This document shows positions 45,315 through 54,435 of a stretch of 64,000 nt of DNA, piece after piece. This DNA comes from Mycobacterium sp. (lineage in GTDB: Bacteria > Actinomycetota > Actinomycetes > Mycobacteriales > Mycobacteriaceae), in assembly GCA_964203005.1 (NCBI GenBank), contig CAXNKV010000001.1:102712-166711 (forward strand), in the 5' to 3' direction. Below the pieces are notes generated by a model that saw only the letters and a list, made by a program, of their open reading frames with translations, made no database searches and had not been told where the DNA came from. Position 1 is the stretch's first letter. Every line of letters starts with the position of its first letter. A program made the translations under genes and the position numbers.

Positions 45315-46022
45315 TCACGGGACAAACTCCACGTTTGACATCTTCCACTGGTCCTCGTCACGGCTCACGGTCACACTCATCCGCCATGGCCGGGGGTCGT
45401 CTCGGGCGCCGCTGACATTGGTCACCTGAGAGGTCGCTGCCACCAAAACCACGGCATTGTCGTCACCGGCCGATTCCAGCGCGGCGGCGGTGACGGCACC
45501 CTTGGTGACGGCCTTCCCTTTTTGTGCCGTCGCGATGAAATCGCCTGCGCGGCTGGCGAAATCGTCACGGAACGCACCGATGGACAGGTCAAGGATTCGC
45601 TGCACATCGGCCTCGGCTCGGCCATGGTCGATGGAGAGCAACGCCACGATGCCCTCGCTGGCAGCCTCGAGGAATTCCCGGTCCTGGGCGCGATTCGCGG
45701 CGGCCTCGTTGTGCTTGACCACCATGAGGCCGGTCAGCGCCAGGAGCGCGCCGATCACCACGGCGGCGGCTGCCAACGCCACCGCGCGCCACCGGGACAG
45801 CCCACGAGGGGGCCGGATTTCCCCGGCGGATTCCCCAGCGCCCTCGGTGGCGCCAGAATCCCCAGCGCCTTCGCCGCTGCGACCTCGCAATCGGACGGCC
45901 CTGGCCTTGGCGACGGCCGCCTCGGCGCGAGCATCGGCCTCGGCGGCCTCGGCCTCGGCGAGTTCGACGATCACGTCCGCCACCCGGGCGGGTACATCGA
46001 CGTCCGGACGTTCAGAGGTCAC
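45315..46022 (-). CDS. Mce-associated membrane protein (Mam-like)
   Basis: ORF 45315-46103; GTG 46022 (VTSERPDVDV...) is preferred. It has a TM helix AVALAAAAVVIGALLALTGLMVV and the C-terminal signature ...PWRMSVTVSRDEDQWKMSNVEFVP. Confidence 0.78.
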   Translation of the reverse strand: MTSERPDVDVPARVADVIVELAEAEAAEADARAEAAVAKARAVRLRGRSGEGAGDSGATEGAGESAGEIRPPRGLSRWRAVALAAAAVVIGALLALTGLMVVKHNEAAANRAQDREFLEAASEGIVALLSIDHGRAEADVQRILDLSIGAFRDDFASRAGDFIATAQKGKAVTKGAVTAAALESAGDDNAVVLVAATSQVTNVSGARDDPRPWRMSVTVSRDEDQWKMSNVEFVP

Positions 46023-46114
46023 AGCCGATAAACCTTCCCGGACGCCGAAGAAAACGATCTTAGACGGCCCAAACACACGTCCCGGTCGCAGGTGTCGTGC
46101 CAAACTCTCACATC

Positions 46115-46564
46115 ATGCAACGAGTCGGATCGAGTCGGATGCCGCGGAGTCGGATGCGGCGGAGTCGGTTCGGCGTGCCACTGGCAGTCGTCGCCGCCGG
46201 GCTTGTCGGGGCGACCCCGGCCGCGGCCGAGGATCCGGTGCTCCACGACGTCACCTACACCGTCTACACGGAGACGCCGTTCTTCGCCGAGATCTACTAC
46301 CGCGACTTCGAACCTGCGAACTTCGCCGACTACAGCCACAATCCGTACCTGTTCAGCCCCAACGTCGAGGCTGACCTGGGACCCGATAAACCGTGGGTTC
46401 TCAACGTCCGACTGGCCAATCCGCAGTACTGGGCGATGGTGCTGGCTACCAGCGAACGGTCCCCGAACCCACCGAATTTCCACTGCACCCTGGCCGTCGA
46501 CGGCACGGTGGTCAGCACGAACTCCGGCCCCAAGGGCGCGCTGTGCTCGCTGCGGCAGTGGTGA
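46115..46564 (+). CDS. Exported protein with a twin-arginine-like signal and an MmpS-like C-terminal pattern (unknown function)
   Basis: ORF 46097-46564 has in-frame ATGs at 46115, 46139 and 46154. The signal is RMRRSRFGVPLAVVAAGLVGATPAAA. The C-terminus has FHCTLAVDGTVV...GALC, two Cys residues flanking VDG as in MmpS proteins. Confidence 0.7.
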   Translation: MQRVGSSRMPRSRMRRSRFGVPLAVVAAGLVGATPAAAEDPVLHDVTYTVYTETPFFAEIYYRDFEPANFADYSHNPYLFSPNVEADLGPDKPWVLNVRLANPQYWAMVLATSERSPNPPNFHCTLAVDGTVVSTNSGPKGALCSLRQW

Positions 46565-46930
46565 TCAGGCGTCGCCGCGAACCCAGATCGCCTGATTGTT
46601 CTCAAACGAGCAGGTCAAAAACAGACCGTCGGGGGCTTGGGCGACGGCGTTCTCATTAGCCGAGCAACTGGAGTTGAGTTCCCGCACGCCCATCATGGGT
46701 GGGGAGAGCCAGTAGCGCGGTTCGTAGCGCCGAGGGGATCCGCAGAACACCAGCCGACCCCAGAACGTAGTTCCGAAAACATAGAACGACGTGTCCGCGC
46801 ACGGGGCGCCCAACACCACCCCGCCGGTGATCCCGGGCGTGCAGAACGCGTCGTTGCACTCCGCGGCCTGGGCCGGGGCCGGCGTGAGCAATCCGCCGAC
46901 CATCAGCAGGGCGACAGCGGCTACGGTCAT
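46565..46930 (-). CDS. Small secreted cysteine-rich protein (hypothetical)
   Basis: ORF 46565-47404 trimmed to ATG 46930. The signal peptide is MTVAAVALLMVGGLLTPAPAQA and the mature part has 8 Cys residues. The upstream part of the ORF is antisense to gene 46998-47741. Confidence 0.68.
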   Translation of the reverse strand: MTVAAVALLMVGGLLTPAPAQAAECNDAFCTPGITGGVVLGAPCADTSFYVFGTTFWGRLVFCGSPRRYEPRYWLSPPMMGVRELNSSCSANENAVAQAPDGLFLTCSFENNQAIWVRGDA

Positions 46931-46997
46931 TCGCACACGCTTACTGTCGCATATCAGCACCAGTCCGGCCCGAAGATCCGGCCGATGAGGAGGTCTC

Positions 46998-47741
46998 TTG
47001 CCGACCAATGGTCCTGACCCGTTGGGAACCGGCGACGAACTCGCCCGGGAAGCCGAGGCAGAAGCCCTGGCCGCCGAGGCCCGCGCCGACGCCGCACACG
47101 CCCGGGCCGCGGAGTTACGCCGCCAACTAGACGCCACCGACGTCGCCGACGAACCGGCCAGCGACATCGCGGCCACGCCGGCGCCGCCGATGCCACCGGC
47201 CCCGCCTCCACTACCGGCCCTGCCCTCACCACCGCCCCCGCCTCCGGGCGGACTGCTGCGAACGGTCACCGTCGCCGTCACGACACTGCTGACGGCGGGC
47301 TTGCTGGGCGCAACCGGGTACATGGTCTGGCAGCACCAGAAGGCCGCCGAGTTGCGCCGTAGCGCCGCCGAGTTCACCGCGGCGGCACGCCAGGACGTGA
47401 TCAACCTGATGTCGATGGACTACACCCGGGCACAGGAGAGCGTGCAACGCGTGCTGGACAACTCCACCGGGAAGTTCCGGGCCAACTTCGACGAAACCGC
47501 CGACGAGTTCGTCAAAGCTCTGCAGGACGAGAAGATCGTCACCACGGCGACGATCAACGATGCGGCAGTGGAACTGGATTCGATGACCGACGAGTCCGCC
47601 GTCGTTATGGTGTCGGCGACGTCGCGACGCGAAGGCAGACAAGCCCCCAAGGAGCAACAGCAACCGCAGGTGTGGCGGGTGCTCCTGACTCTGGAACGCG
47701 ACGGCGATCAGATCAAGATGTCCGACGTCGAGTTCGTCTGA
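46998..47741 (+). CDS. Mce-associated membrane protein (Mam-like)
   Basis: 247 aa with TTG 46998 four nt after GGAGG. It has an Ala/Glu-rich N-terminus, a Pro-rich linker, a TM helix and the C-terminal ...VWRVLLTLERDGDQIKMSDVEFV. Confidence 0.8.
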   Translation: MPTNGPDPLGTGDELAREAEAEALAAEARADAAHARAAELRRQLDATDVADEPASDIAATPAPPMPPAPPPLPALPSPPPPPPGGLLRTVTVAVTTLLTAGLLGATGYMVWQHQKAAELRRSAAEFTAAARQDVINLMSMDYTRAQESVQRVLDNSTGKFRANFDETADEFVKALQDEKIVTTATINDAAVELDSMTDESAVVMVSATSRREGRQAPKEQQQPQVWRVLLTLERDGDQIKMSDVEFV

Positions 47742-47757
47742 GCGCCGATAGTTCCGC

Positions 47758-49680
47758 GTGAGCGCCAGCGAAATGAACGAAGACGCCGCCCCGCAGTGGC
47801 ACCGGTTCGCCGACGCCGTTGCCGCACCCCGTGATTACGCCACGCTGTGGCAGTGGTCGGTGGACCACCCGGCGCGGTTCTGGCGAGCGGTGTGGAACTA
47901 CTTCGACATTCACTCCGACACCGGGCCCTCCGACGGCGACGCGGGCGTGCTCGCCGAGCCGACGATGCCCGGTGCGCGATGGTTTCCCGGCGTCACCCTC
48001 AACTACGTCGAGGCCGTGCTGCAGCACCGCGACCGCACCGGTCCGGCCATCATCGGCATCGACGAGGCCGGTGACCGAACCCAGATCGACTGGCCGGAGT
48101 TGCCTGGTCGAATCGGTGCAGTCGCCGCCGAGTTGCGCAGACTGGGGGTGGGCCCGGGTGACCACGTCGGCGCCTACCTGCCCGACGTGGCCGACGCGAT
48201 GGTGGCGTTCCTGGCCACCGCCGCCCTCGGAGCGGTGTGGTCCGGCTGCGGTCAGGACTACGCGCCCCAGGGCGCGGCGACCCGCCTAGGCCAACTGGCG
48301 CCGAAGGTCGTGTTCAGCTGCGACGGTTACCAGTTCAACGGGCACTGGATCGACAAGCGGTCGGACACCGTCGAACTCATGAGACTGCTGCCGGGCGAAC
48401 CGCACCTGGTGCTCATCGACGGTGAGCGCTATCGCGGCCTCGTCGCCGACCCGCGGGCCGTCGATGTCACGCCGGTGGCCTTCGATCACCCGCTGTGGGT
48501 GTTGTTCACCTCCGGTACCACCGGCGCACCCAAGGGAATCGTGCACGGCCACGGCGGCGTGGTTCTCGAACACCTCAAGGCCGCCGCGCTGCACGCCAAT
48601 CTCGGCGCGGATGACGTGTTCTTCTGGCAGACCGCGCTGAGTTGGATGATGTGGAACTTCCGGATCGCGGGACTGCTGTGCGGTGCGCGGGTGATCTGTT
48701 ACAGCGGGCATCCGATGTTTCCCGACACCGATCGGCTCTGGGCGCTCCTCGAATCGGAGCGGGTCACCTACTTCGGAACCAGCCCGGGTCACCTGCTGGC
48801 CTCTCGCAAGGCAGGTCTTCACCCCGGCGTCAGCCATGACCTGAGCCGGTTACGGACCCTGGGAAGCACGGGCTCACCGCTGCCGGGCGATCTGTTCGAG
48901 TGGGTCAAGGCCGAAGTCGGCGGCGATATCGAGGTGTCCTCGATCAGCGGGGGGACGGACGTGGTGACTGCGTTCGCCGGGGGGACCGCCGGCGTCCCGG
49001 CGGCCCCGGGCGAACTGGCGACCCGCTATCTGGGCGTCGCCCTGCACAGTTGGTCGCCGCAGCGCCGGGCGCTGACCGGCGAGGTGGGCGAGATGGTGAT
49101 CACCGCGCCGATGCCCTCCATGCCGGTGGCATTCGCCAACGACCCGGATGGATCCCGTTACCGCGCAGCCTATTTCGATCACCACTGGGCCGACGGCCCG
49201 GCTCCGGGAGTGTGGCGTCACGGCGACTGGGTGACCGTGACCGATCGCGGTTCGGTCGTGGTCCACGGTCGCAGCGACGCCACTCTCAACCGGCACGGCA
49301 TCCGGATGGGCTCAGCGGACATCTACGAGGTGGTCGAGGCGATCGACGTCGTGACGGAGTCCATCGTGCTGGGAATCGACGGCCCCGGCGGCGCCTACTG
49401 GATGCCGATGTTCGTGACCCTGGCCGCGGGCACTGATCTTGATGACACGCTGGTCGAGTCCATCCGCACCCGGATCCGCACCCGGCTCTCGCCACGCCAC
49501 GTGCCCGACGACGTCATCGCCGCCCCCGGCATCCCGCACACCCGCACCGGCAAGAAACTCGAGGTGCCCCTCACCGCGATCATGGCTGGCCACGGGGACG
49601 TATCCCTGGACCCGCGCGCGATCGACAACCCCGGGCTGATCGACTGGTACCGAGCACAGGGCCGGGCGCACCGATGGTGA
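47758..49680 (+). CDS. Acetoacetyl-CoA synthetase (AMP-forming acyl-CoA ligase)
   Basis: 640 aa. The N-terminal WQWSVDHPARFWRAVWNYFDI is typical of acetoacetate-CoA ligases. The AMP-binding motif is FTSGTTGAPKGIVH. Confidence 0.88.
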   Translation: MSASEMNEDAAPQWHRFADAVAAPRDYATLWQWSVDHPARFWRAVWNYFDIHSDTGPSDGDAGVLAEPTMPGARWFPGVTLNYVEAVLQHRDRTGPAIIGIDEAGDRTQIDWPELPGRIGAVAAELRRLGVGPGDHVGAYLPDVADAMVAFLATAALGAVWSGCGQDYAPQGAATRLGQLAPKVVFSCDGYQFNGHWIDKRSDTVELMRLLPGEPHLVLIDGERYRGLVADPRAVDVTPVAFDHPLWVLFTSGTTGAPKGIVHGHGGVVLEHLKAAALHANLGADDVFFWQTALSWMMWNFRIAGLLCGARVICYSGHPMFPDTDRLWALLESERVTYFGTSPGHLLASRKAGLHPGVSHDLSRLRTLGSTGSPLPGDLFEWVKAEVGGDIEVSSISGGTDVVTAFAGGTAGVPAAPGELATRYLGVALHSWSPQRRALTGEVGEMVITAPMPSMPVAFANDPDGSRYRAAYFDHHWADGPAPGVWRHGDWVTVTDRGSVVVHGRSDATLNRHGIRMGSADIYEVVEAIDVVTESIVLGIDGPGGAYWMPMFVTLAAGTDLDDTLVESIRTRIRTRLSPRHVPDDVIAAPGIPHTRTGKKLEVPLTAIMAGHGDVSLDPRAIDNPGLIDWYRAQGRAHRW

Positions 49681-49700
49681 GCCGGGATTAGGTTGGTCGG

Positions 49701-50480
49701 ATGGAACCACCCTCAGTTTTCATCACCGGGGCCGCCGCCGGGATTGGCCGCGCCATCGCGTTGACGTTCGCGCGGCATGGTTATCGGGTCGGCGCCTACG
49801 ACATTGACAGCGCCGGACTGCAGACGCTTCGCGACGAGATCGGTGGTGCCGAGGTGGTGACCGGGACGCTCGACGTCACCGACGCCGCCGCCTGGGCCCG
49901 AGAACTCGAGGCGTTCACCGGAAGCTCACGACGGCTGGACATTCTGGTCAACAACGCCGGCGTGCTCAGCAGCGGACGGTTCGAGGAGATTCCGCTGGCG
50001 ACCCAGCGCAAAATCATCGACATCAACGTCTACGGCACGATGGCCGGCATGCACACGGCGTTTCCGTTTCTGCGGAATACGCCGCGGTCCCAGGTGGTCA
50101 ACCTGTGTTCGGCATCGGCCATCTACGGCCAGCCCGAACTCGCCACCTACTCGGCGAGCAAGTTCGGTGTGCGGGGACTCACCGAGGCCCTGGAGATCGA
50201 ATGGCGCCGCTACGGGATCCGGGTGATCGCGATGTGGCCGCTGTTCGTCGCAACCGCCATGGTGGACGGGGTCGAGACCGGCAGTACGAAGTCGCTGGGA
50301 GTGCACCTCGACGCCGAGGACGTCGCCGCGGCCGTCTACCAGGCCACCCACCCGGAGCGGAAGTGGCCGTCGCGGGTGCACTACCCGGTGGGCGGACAGA
50401 CCAGAGTGCTGGCCGCTCTGTCTCAGGTGTCACCGAACTGGGCTACCCGGTTGCTGACCAGGACGCTCTCGCGCACCTAA
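49701..50480 (+). CDS. Short-chain dehydrogenase/reductase
   Basis: 259 aa with FITGAAAGIGRA, NNAG and YSASKFG. Confidence 0.9.
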   Translation: MEPPSVFITGAAAGIGRAIALTFARHGYRVGAYDIDSAGLQTLRDEIGGAEVVTGTLDVTDAAAWARELEAFTGSSRRLDILVNNAGVLSSGRFEEIPLATQRKIIDINVYGTMAGMHTAFPFLRNTPRSQVVNLCSASAIYGQPELATYSASKFGVRGLTEALEIEWRRYGIRVIAMWPLFVATAMVDGVETGSTKSLGVHLDAEDVAAAVYQATHPERKWPSRVHYPVGGQTRVLAALSQVSPNWATRLLTRTLSRT

Positions 50481-50496
50481 CCCCAGCGGGAGCGCC

Positions 50497-50547
50497 CAGC
50501 CCACCGAAGACGTCAGCCCACCGAAGACGTCAGCCCAACGAAGACTG
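50497..50547. repeat. 17-bp tandem repeat, 3 copies (CAGCCCACCGAAGACGT)
   Basis: Two perfect copies (50497-50513 and 50514-50530) and one diverged copy (50531-50547). The array lies between the convergent stops of the SDR gene and of the small secreted protein gene, and overlaps the latter's last codons. Confidence 0.85.
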
Positions 50548-50796
50548 TGGACGCTGCGGCGGCTGCTGGTTCTGCGCGAACGAACTGCAGAGGCCGATGT
50601 TGCTCGGCACGCAGGGAATGCCGTTGATCACCGGGGTGCTGACCGGGGCGAGGCACTGACCGTTGTAGGGGTTGGCGATGAAACCCGGAGCGCACCCCTG
50701 CGCGCCGGCCACGGGGGCGAGCACAGCACCGGACACCGCGAGCGTGCCGAAGCATGCCGCTTGAACCAGGATTTGCTGCAGTCGGGTGGCCCGCAT
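50530..50796 (-). CDS. Small secreted cysteine-containing protein (hypothetical)
   Basis: 88 aa. The signal peptide is MRATRLQQILVQAACFGTLAVSGAVLAPVAGAQG, followed by C-x-P-G-F and NGxPC-type motifs. Confidence 0.6.
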   Translation of the reverse strand: MRATRLQQILVQAACFGTLAVSGAVLAPVAGAQGCAPGFIANPYNGQCLAPVSTPVINGIPCVPSNIGLCSSFAQNQQPPQRPQSSLG

Positions 50797-50836
50797 CGTT
50801 TACCTCCCCGTCAAGCCTACGCGTAGCATTTGGGCC

Positions 50837-51388
50837 ATGTCCGAGCCGACGATCGATCCTCTGAGGTCGGCGGAGGGGTACCCGGGTGTCGTGTCCCGTG
50901 ACCGGTCACCGCGGTGGATCGCGCCCCTGGCCCTGGCGATTTCCCTGCTCGCCGCCGGTGCGGCCGGGTGGGGGTTACTCAGGCCAGCATCGCCACCGGA
51001 GGAAATCGCATCGCCATCGGAGGTCATGAGCGTCACCGACAACCCCAAAGGACAGGTCTGCGCGGCTTTCTCCACGGTCAGCGCCGCGGTCTTCCGCTAC
51101 ACCAACGTCACCCTGCCGTCGGATCTGGGTGCGGCGCTGCCGGCTGCCCAGGAGGCGATCGCCGCCAACGCCCGCCTGGCGATGTCCGGCGGCTCCGCGT
51201 ACCTATTGCGCAATCTGCCGTCGAACGCCGAGCCGGACCTGTCGAGCGAAGTGCGGAGTTTCGCGGGCACCCTCGACACGATCGCGATGAAACTGCTCGC
51301 CGGAGTCCCCGACAAGGACCCGGAACTGACGAATTTGCTGAAGTCGGCGGATGACGCCAACAAAAAGATCGCCGGACTCTGCAAGTAA
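50837..51388 (+). CDS. Membrane-anchored protein (hypothetical)
   Basis: ORF 50786-51388 trimmed to ATG 50837 (MSEPTIDPLR...). It has one TM helix WIAPLALAISLLAAGAAGWGLL and an extracytoplasmic helical domain. Confidence 0.68.
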   Translation: MSEPTIDPLRSAEGYPGVVSRDRSPRWIAPLALAISLLAAGAAGWGLLRPASPPEEIASPSEVMSVTDNPKGQVCAAFSTVSAAVFRYTNVTLPSDLGAALPAAQEAIAANARLAMSGGSAYLLRNLPSNAEPDLSSEVRSFAGTLDTIAMKLLAGVPDKDPELTNLLKSADDANKKIAGLCK

Positions 51389-51404
51389 TGACTACGGTGG
51401 GCCG

Positions 51405-52004
51405 ATGACAGCGCGACGGTGGTCGATCGGGGCCGCGGTGGTCGCCCTCGCGGTGATGCCCGCGACGCCGGCGATAGCCGATGGGCCCGACGAGCAGGTG
51501 GTTGAGCCAGGCCTGGCCGCCGAGGCACTACCGGTGCCCCCGCCCCCGCCCGCGCCAGGAATCGATCCAGCGCCCCCGGCGCCGATGGGGTTGATCCCGC
51601 CGATCTCGACGATCGGCGGCCTGCTGGGCCAAACCGGAATCGAACCGGCCGGCCCGCTGGGCCTGCCGGACCTAGCGACCTACGGCAACGCTCTGGTGCT
51701 GGGCCAGAACCTGGTCCCGTCGGTACCCGGCACCGCCGAGCAGGCCGTGACACCGAGCCTCCAGGTGTTCACCGACGAGTATCTCGTTCCACTCAACCTG
51801 GTGCCGGCCGCCCCGGGCGAGGGCTCCCCCGCCCCCGGCATCGGCCCCAACGCAGACATCCCAGGAGCCGGTCGGATCGCAATGCTGCGGCGACTGCACG
51901 AGATGTATCAAGCCGGCAATCTCACCGGCGCGCTGCTCGGCCAGCTGCCCAAGGATGAATTCGGACAGCCGATGTTGCCGGAGCCGGATCCGCCACCGGG
52001 CTGA
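51405..52004 (+). CDS. Secreted proline-rich protein (hypothetical)
   Basis: ORF 51351-52004 trimmed to ATG 51405. The signal peptide is MTARRWSIGAAVVALAVMPATPAIA. Confidence 0.68.
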   Translation: MTARRWSIGAAVVALAVMPATPAIADGPDEQVVEPGLAAEALPVPPPPPAPGIDPAPPAPMGLIPPISTIGGLLGQTGIEPAGPLGLPDLATYGNALVLGQNLVPSVPGTAEQAVTPSLQVFTDEYLVPLNLVPAAPGEGSPAPGIGPNADIPGAGRIAMLRRLHEMYQAGNLTGALLGQLPKDEFGQPMLPEPDPPPG

Positions 52005-52047
52005 CCGGCTCACCTACCGCTCGGGTCCCGGACGGTAGGTTCGAGCG

Positions 52048-54420
52048 GTGCGAGTCGACGGGCGCGAGGTCACCGTTGTCGGCAGCCTGCTGCAACCGCT
52101 GACACGACGCACCAACGACATCGTGCGGTTGGCGCTGGCAACGGCGTTCCTCGCGATTGTGATCACCAGTTCGATCATCACCCGTGGCGACTGGGTAAGC
52201 CTGGAAAAGTCGGTATCCCGGATCATCGGCGTGCTCACTCCCACCCAGTCCAACCTGGTCTACCTGGCGTACGGCATCGCCATCGTCGCGCTGCCGTTCG
52301 TGATCCTGATCGGCCTGATCGCCGGTCGGCAGTGGAAACTGCTGGGCGCCTACGGTGCCGCCGGAGTGATCGCCGTCTTGGCGCTGTCGATCACCGGCGA
52401 GGGCATCGCCGCCCCGCGCTGGCACTTCGACCTCACCGAACGGTTGTCGACGATGCTGTCGCAGTTTCTCGACGACCCACGCTGGATCGCCATGCTGGCC
52501 GCGGTACTCACGGTGTCGGGGCCGTGGCTGCCCGGCCGTTGGCGGCGCTGGTGGTGGGGTCTGCTGCTGGCGTTCGTGCCGATCCACCTGGTGGTCAGCG
52601 CGGTGATACCGGCGCGCACGCTGCTCGGACTGGCGGTGGGATGGTTCGTCGGTGCGCTGATCGTTCTGGTCGTCGGGACACCGGCATTGGAAGTACCTCT
52701 TGACGGAGCCGTCCGGGCTCTGTCACGGCGCGGCTTCACCATCGCCGGCCTCACCGTGGTGCGCCCGGCCGGGCGCGGGCCGTTGGAGTTGGCGGCCACC
52801 GACGATTCCGGACGAGGCGCCGTCGTCGAGTTGTACGGACCCAACCAGCGCAGCGGCGGGGCGCTGCGCCAATTCTGGCGCTGGCTGGTGTTGCGAGACA
52901 GCGAGACCGCTCCCCTGCAGACATCCATGCACCGCGCCGTCGAACATCGGGCGCTGATGACCATCGCGGCCGGCGACCTCGGCGTCGCGAACACCGCCAC
53001 CCTGACCGTGGCGGGCCTGGACCGAGGCTGGACCATGTTCTCCCACACCCCACCGCGCGGCACGCCACTGGACAAGGCCGATGCCGGGTCGGTCCCCACC
53101 GTGTGGGAGTCGCTGGCGGTCCTGCAACGCCACCAGATCTCCCACGGGGACCTGCGCTCCTCGGAGATCACCGTCGATGACTCCGGCACCGTGCTGTTCG
53201 GCGGTTTCGGCAACTCCGAGTACGGCGCGACCGAAGAGCATTTGCAGTCCGACATCGCCCAACTGCTACTAACGACGACCGCGACATTCGGTGCCGAGGC
53301 GTCGGTTCGGGCCGCCGTCGCCGCCCTGGGCCCCGAGGCCGTGCTCGACGGATCCGGCCGGCTGACGAAGTCGGCCCTTCCGGCGCGGATCCGCAAATCG
53401 GTCGATGATCCCCGAGCCTTGATGACCGCGGCGCGCGACGAGGTGAAAAAACAAACCGGCGCGGACCAGATCCAGGCGGAAACCATCACCCGGTTCACCC
53501 GCAAGCAGGTGATCCAACTGGTTCTGCTGGTTGCACTGGTCTACGTCGCCTACCCGTTCATCAGCACGGTGCCGGCCTTCTTCAGCGAGTTGCGCAGCGC
53601 CAACTGGTGGTGGGCACTGCTCGGGCTGGCGGTCTCAGCGCTCACCTATTTCGGCGCGGCGGCCGGACTGTGGGCGTGCGCGTCGGGCATGGTGCCGTTT
53701 CGGCACCTGGTGATCATGCAGTTCGCCAACACCTTCGCTGCCACCACCACCCCGGCCGGTGTGGGCGGCCTGGCACTGAGTACCCGCTTCCTGCAGAAGG
53801 CTGGACTCGGCACGGTCCGGGCCACTGCGGCGGTGGCGGTGCAGCAGGCCGTGCAGGTGATCACTCACGTCGCCCTGCTCATCTTTTTCTCCGTCGCAGC
53901 CGGGGCGTCGGCCGACCTGTCACATTTCGTCCCGAAACTCACCCTGGTGTACCTGATCATCGGGGTGGCCCTGGGCGCGGTGGGCGCATTCCTCTTCGTG
54001 CCGAAACTGCGCAACTGGCTCGACACCGCCGTCAGGCCGAAGATCAACGAGGTCGGCGGTGAGTTGATCGAGTTGGTTCGCGATCCGAAACGCTTCGCGA
54101 TCATCGTCTTAGGCTGTGCGGGAACAACTCTCGGTGCAGCGCTGGCATTGTGGGCAAGCGTCGAAGCGTTCGGCGGCGGCACCACGTTCGTGACCGTCAC
54201 CGTGGTGACGATGGTCGGTGGCACCCTGGCGGCGGCGGCACCCACGCCCGGCGGGGTAGGCGCGGTCGAGGCGGCACTGATCGGCGGCCTGGCCGCCTTC
54301 GGGGTTCCCACCGCCGTCGCGGTGCCCTCGGTGCTGCTCTACCGGGTGCTCACGGTGTGGCTGCCGGTGTTCGCGGGGTGGCCGATCATGCGGTGGCTCA
54401 CCGCGCGGGACATGATCTAA
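52048..54420 (+). CDS. Large integral membrane protein: N-terminal TM bundle, central protein-kinase-like (probably inactive) domain, C-terminal flippase-like TM domain
   Basis: 790 aa. About 6 TM segments cover aa 20-215. A soluble core (aa about 225-415) contains the HGD motif QISH366GDLRSSEI and FGGFG in place of DFG. About 8 Gly/Ala-rich TM segments follow, reminiscent of the UPF0104/LPG-synthase TM region. Confidence 0.8.
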   Translation: MRVDGREVTVVGSLLQPLTRRTNDIVRLALATAFLAIVITSSIITRGDWVSLEKSVSRIIGVLTPTQSNLVYLAYGIAIVALPFVILIGLIAGRQWKLLGAYGAAGVIAVLALSITGEGIAAPRWHFDLTERLSTMLSQFLDDPRWIAMLAAVLTVSGPWLPGRWRRWWWGLLLAFVPIHLVVSAVIPARTLLGLAVGWFVGALIVLVVGTPALEVPLDGAVRALSRRGFTIAGLTVVRPAGRGPLELAATDDSGRGAVVELYGPNQRSGGALRQFWRWLVLRDSETAPLQTSMHRAVEHRALMTIAAGDLGVANTATLTVAGLDRGWTMFSHTPPRGTPLDKADAGSVPTVWESLAVLQRHQISHGDLRSSEITVDDSGTVLFGGFGNSEYGATEEHLQSDIAQLLLTTTATFGAEASVRAAVAALGPEAVLDGSGRLTKSALPARIRKSVDDPRALMTAARDEVKKQTGADQIQAETITRFTRKQVIQLVLLVALVYVAYPFISTVPAFFSELRSANWWWALLGLAVSALTYFGAAAGLWACASGMVPFRHLVIMQFANTFAATTTPAGVGGLALSTRFLQKAGLGTVRATAAVAVQQAVQVITHVALLIFFSVAAGASADLSHFVPKLTLVYLIIGVALGAVGAFLFVPKLRNWLDTAVRPKINEVGGELIELVRDPKRFAIIVLGCAGTTLGAALALWASVEAFGGGTTFVTVTVVTMVGGTLAAAAPTPGGVGAVEAALIGGLAAFGVPTAVAVPSVLLYRVLTVWLPVFAGWPIMRWLTARDMI

Positions 54421-54435
54421 GACGAAAGGAATTCC

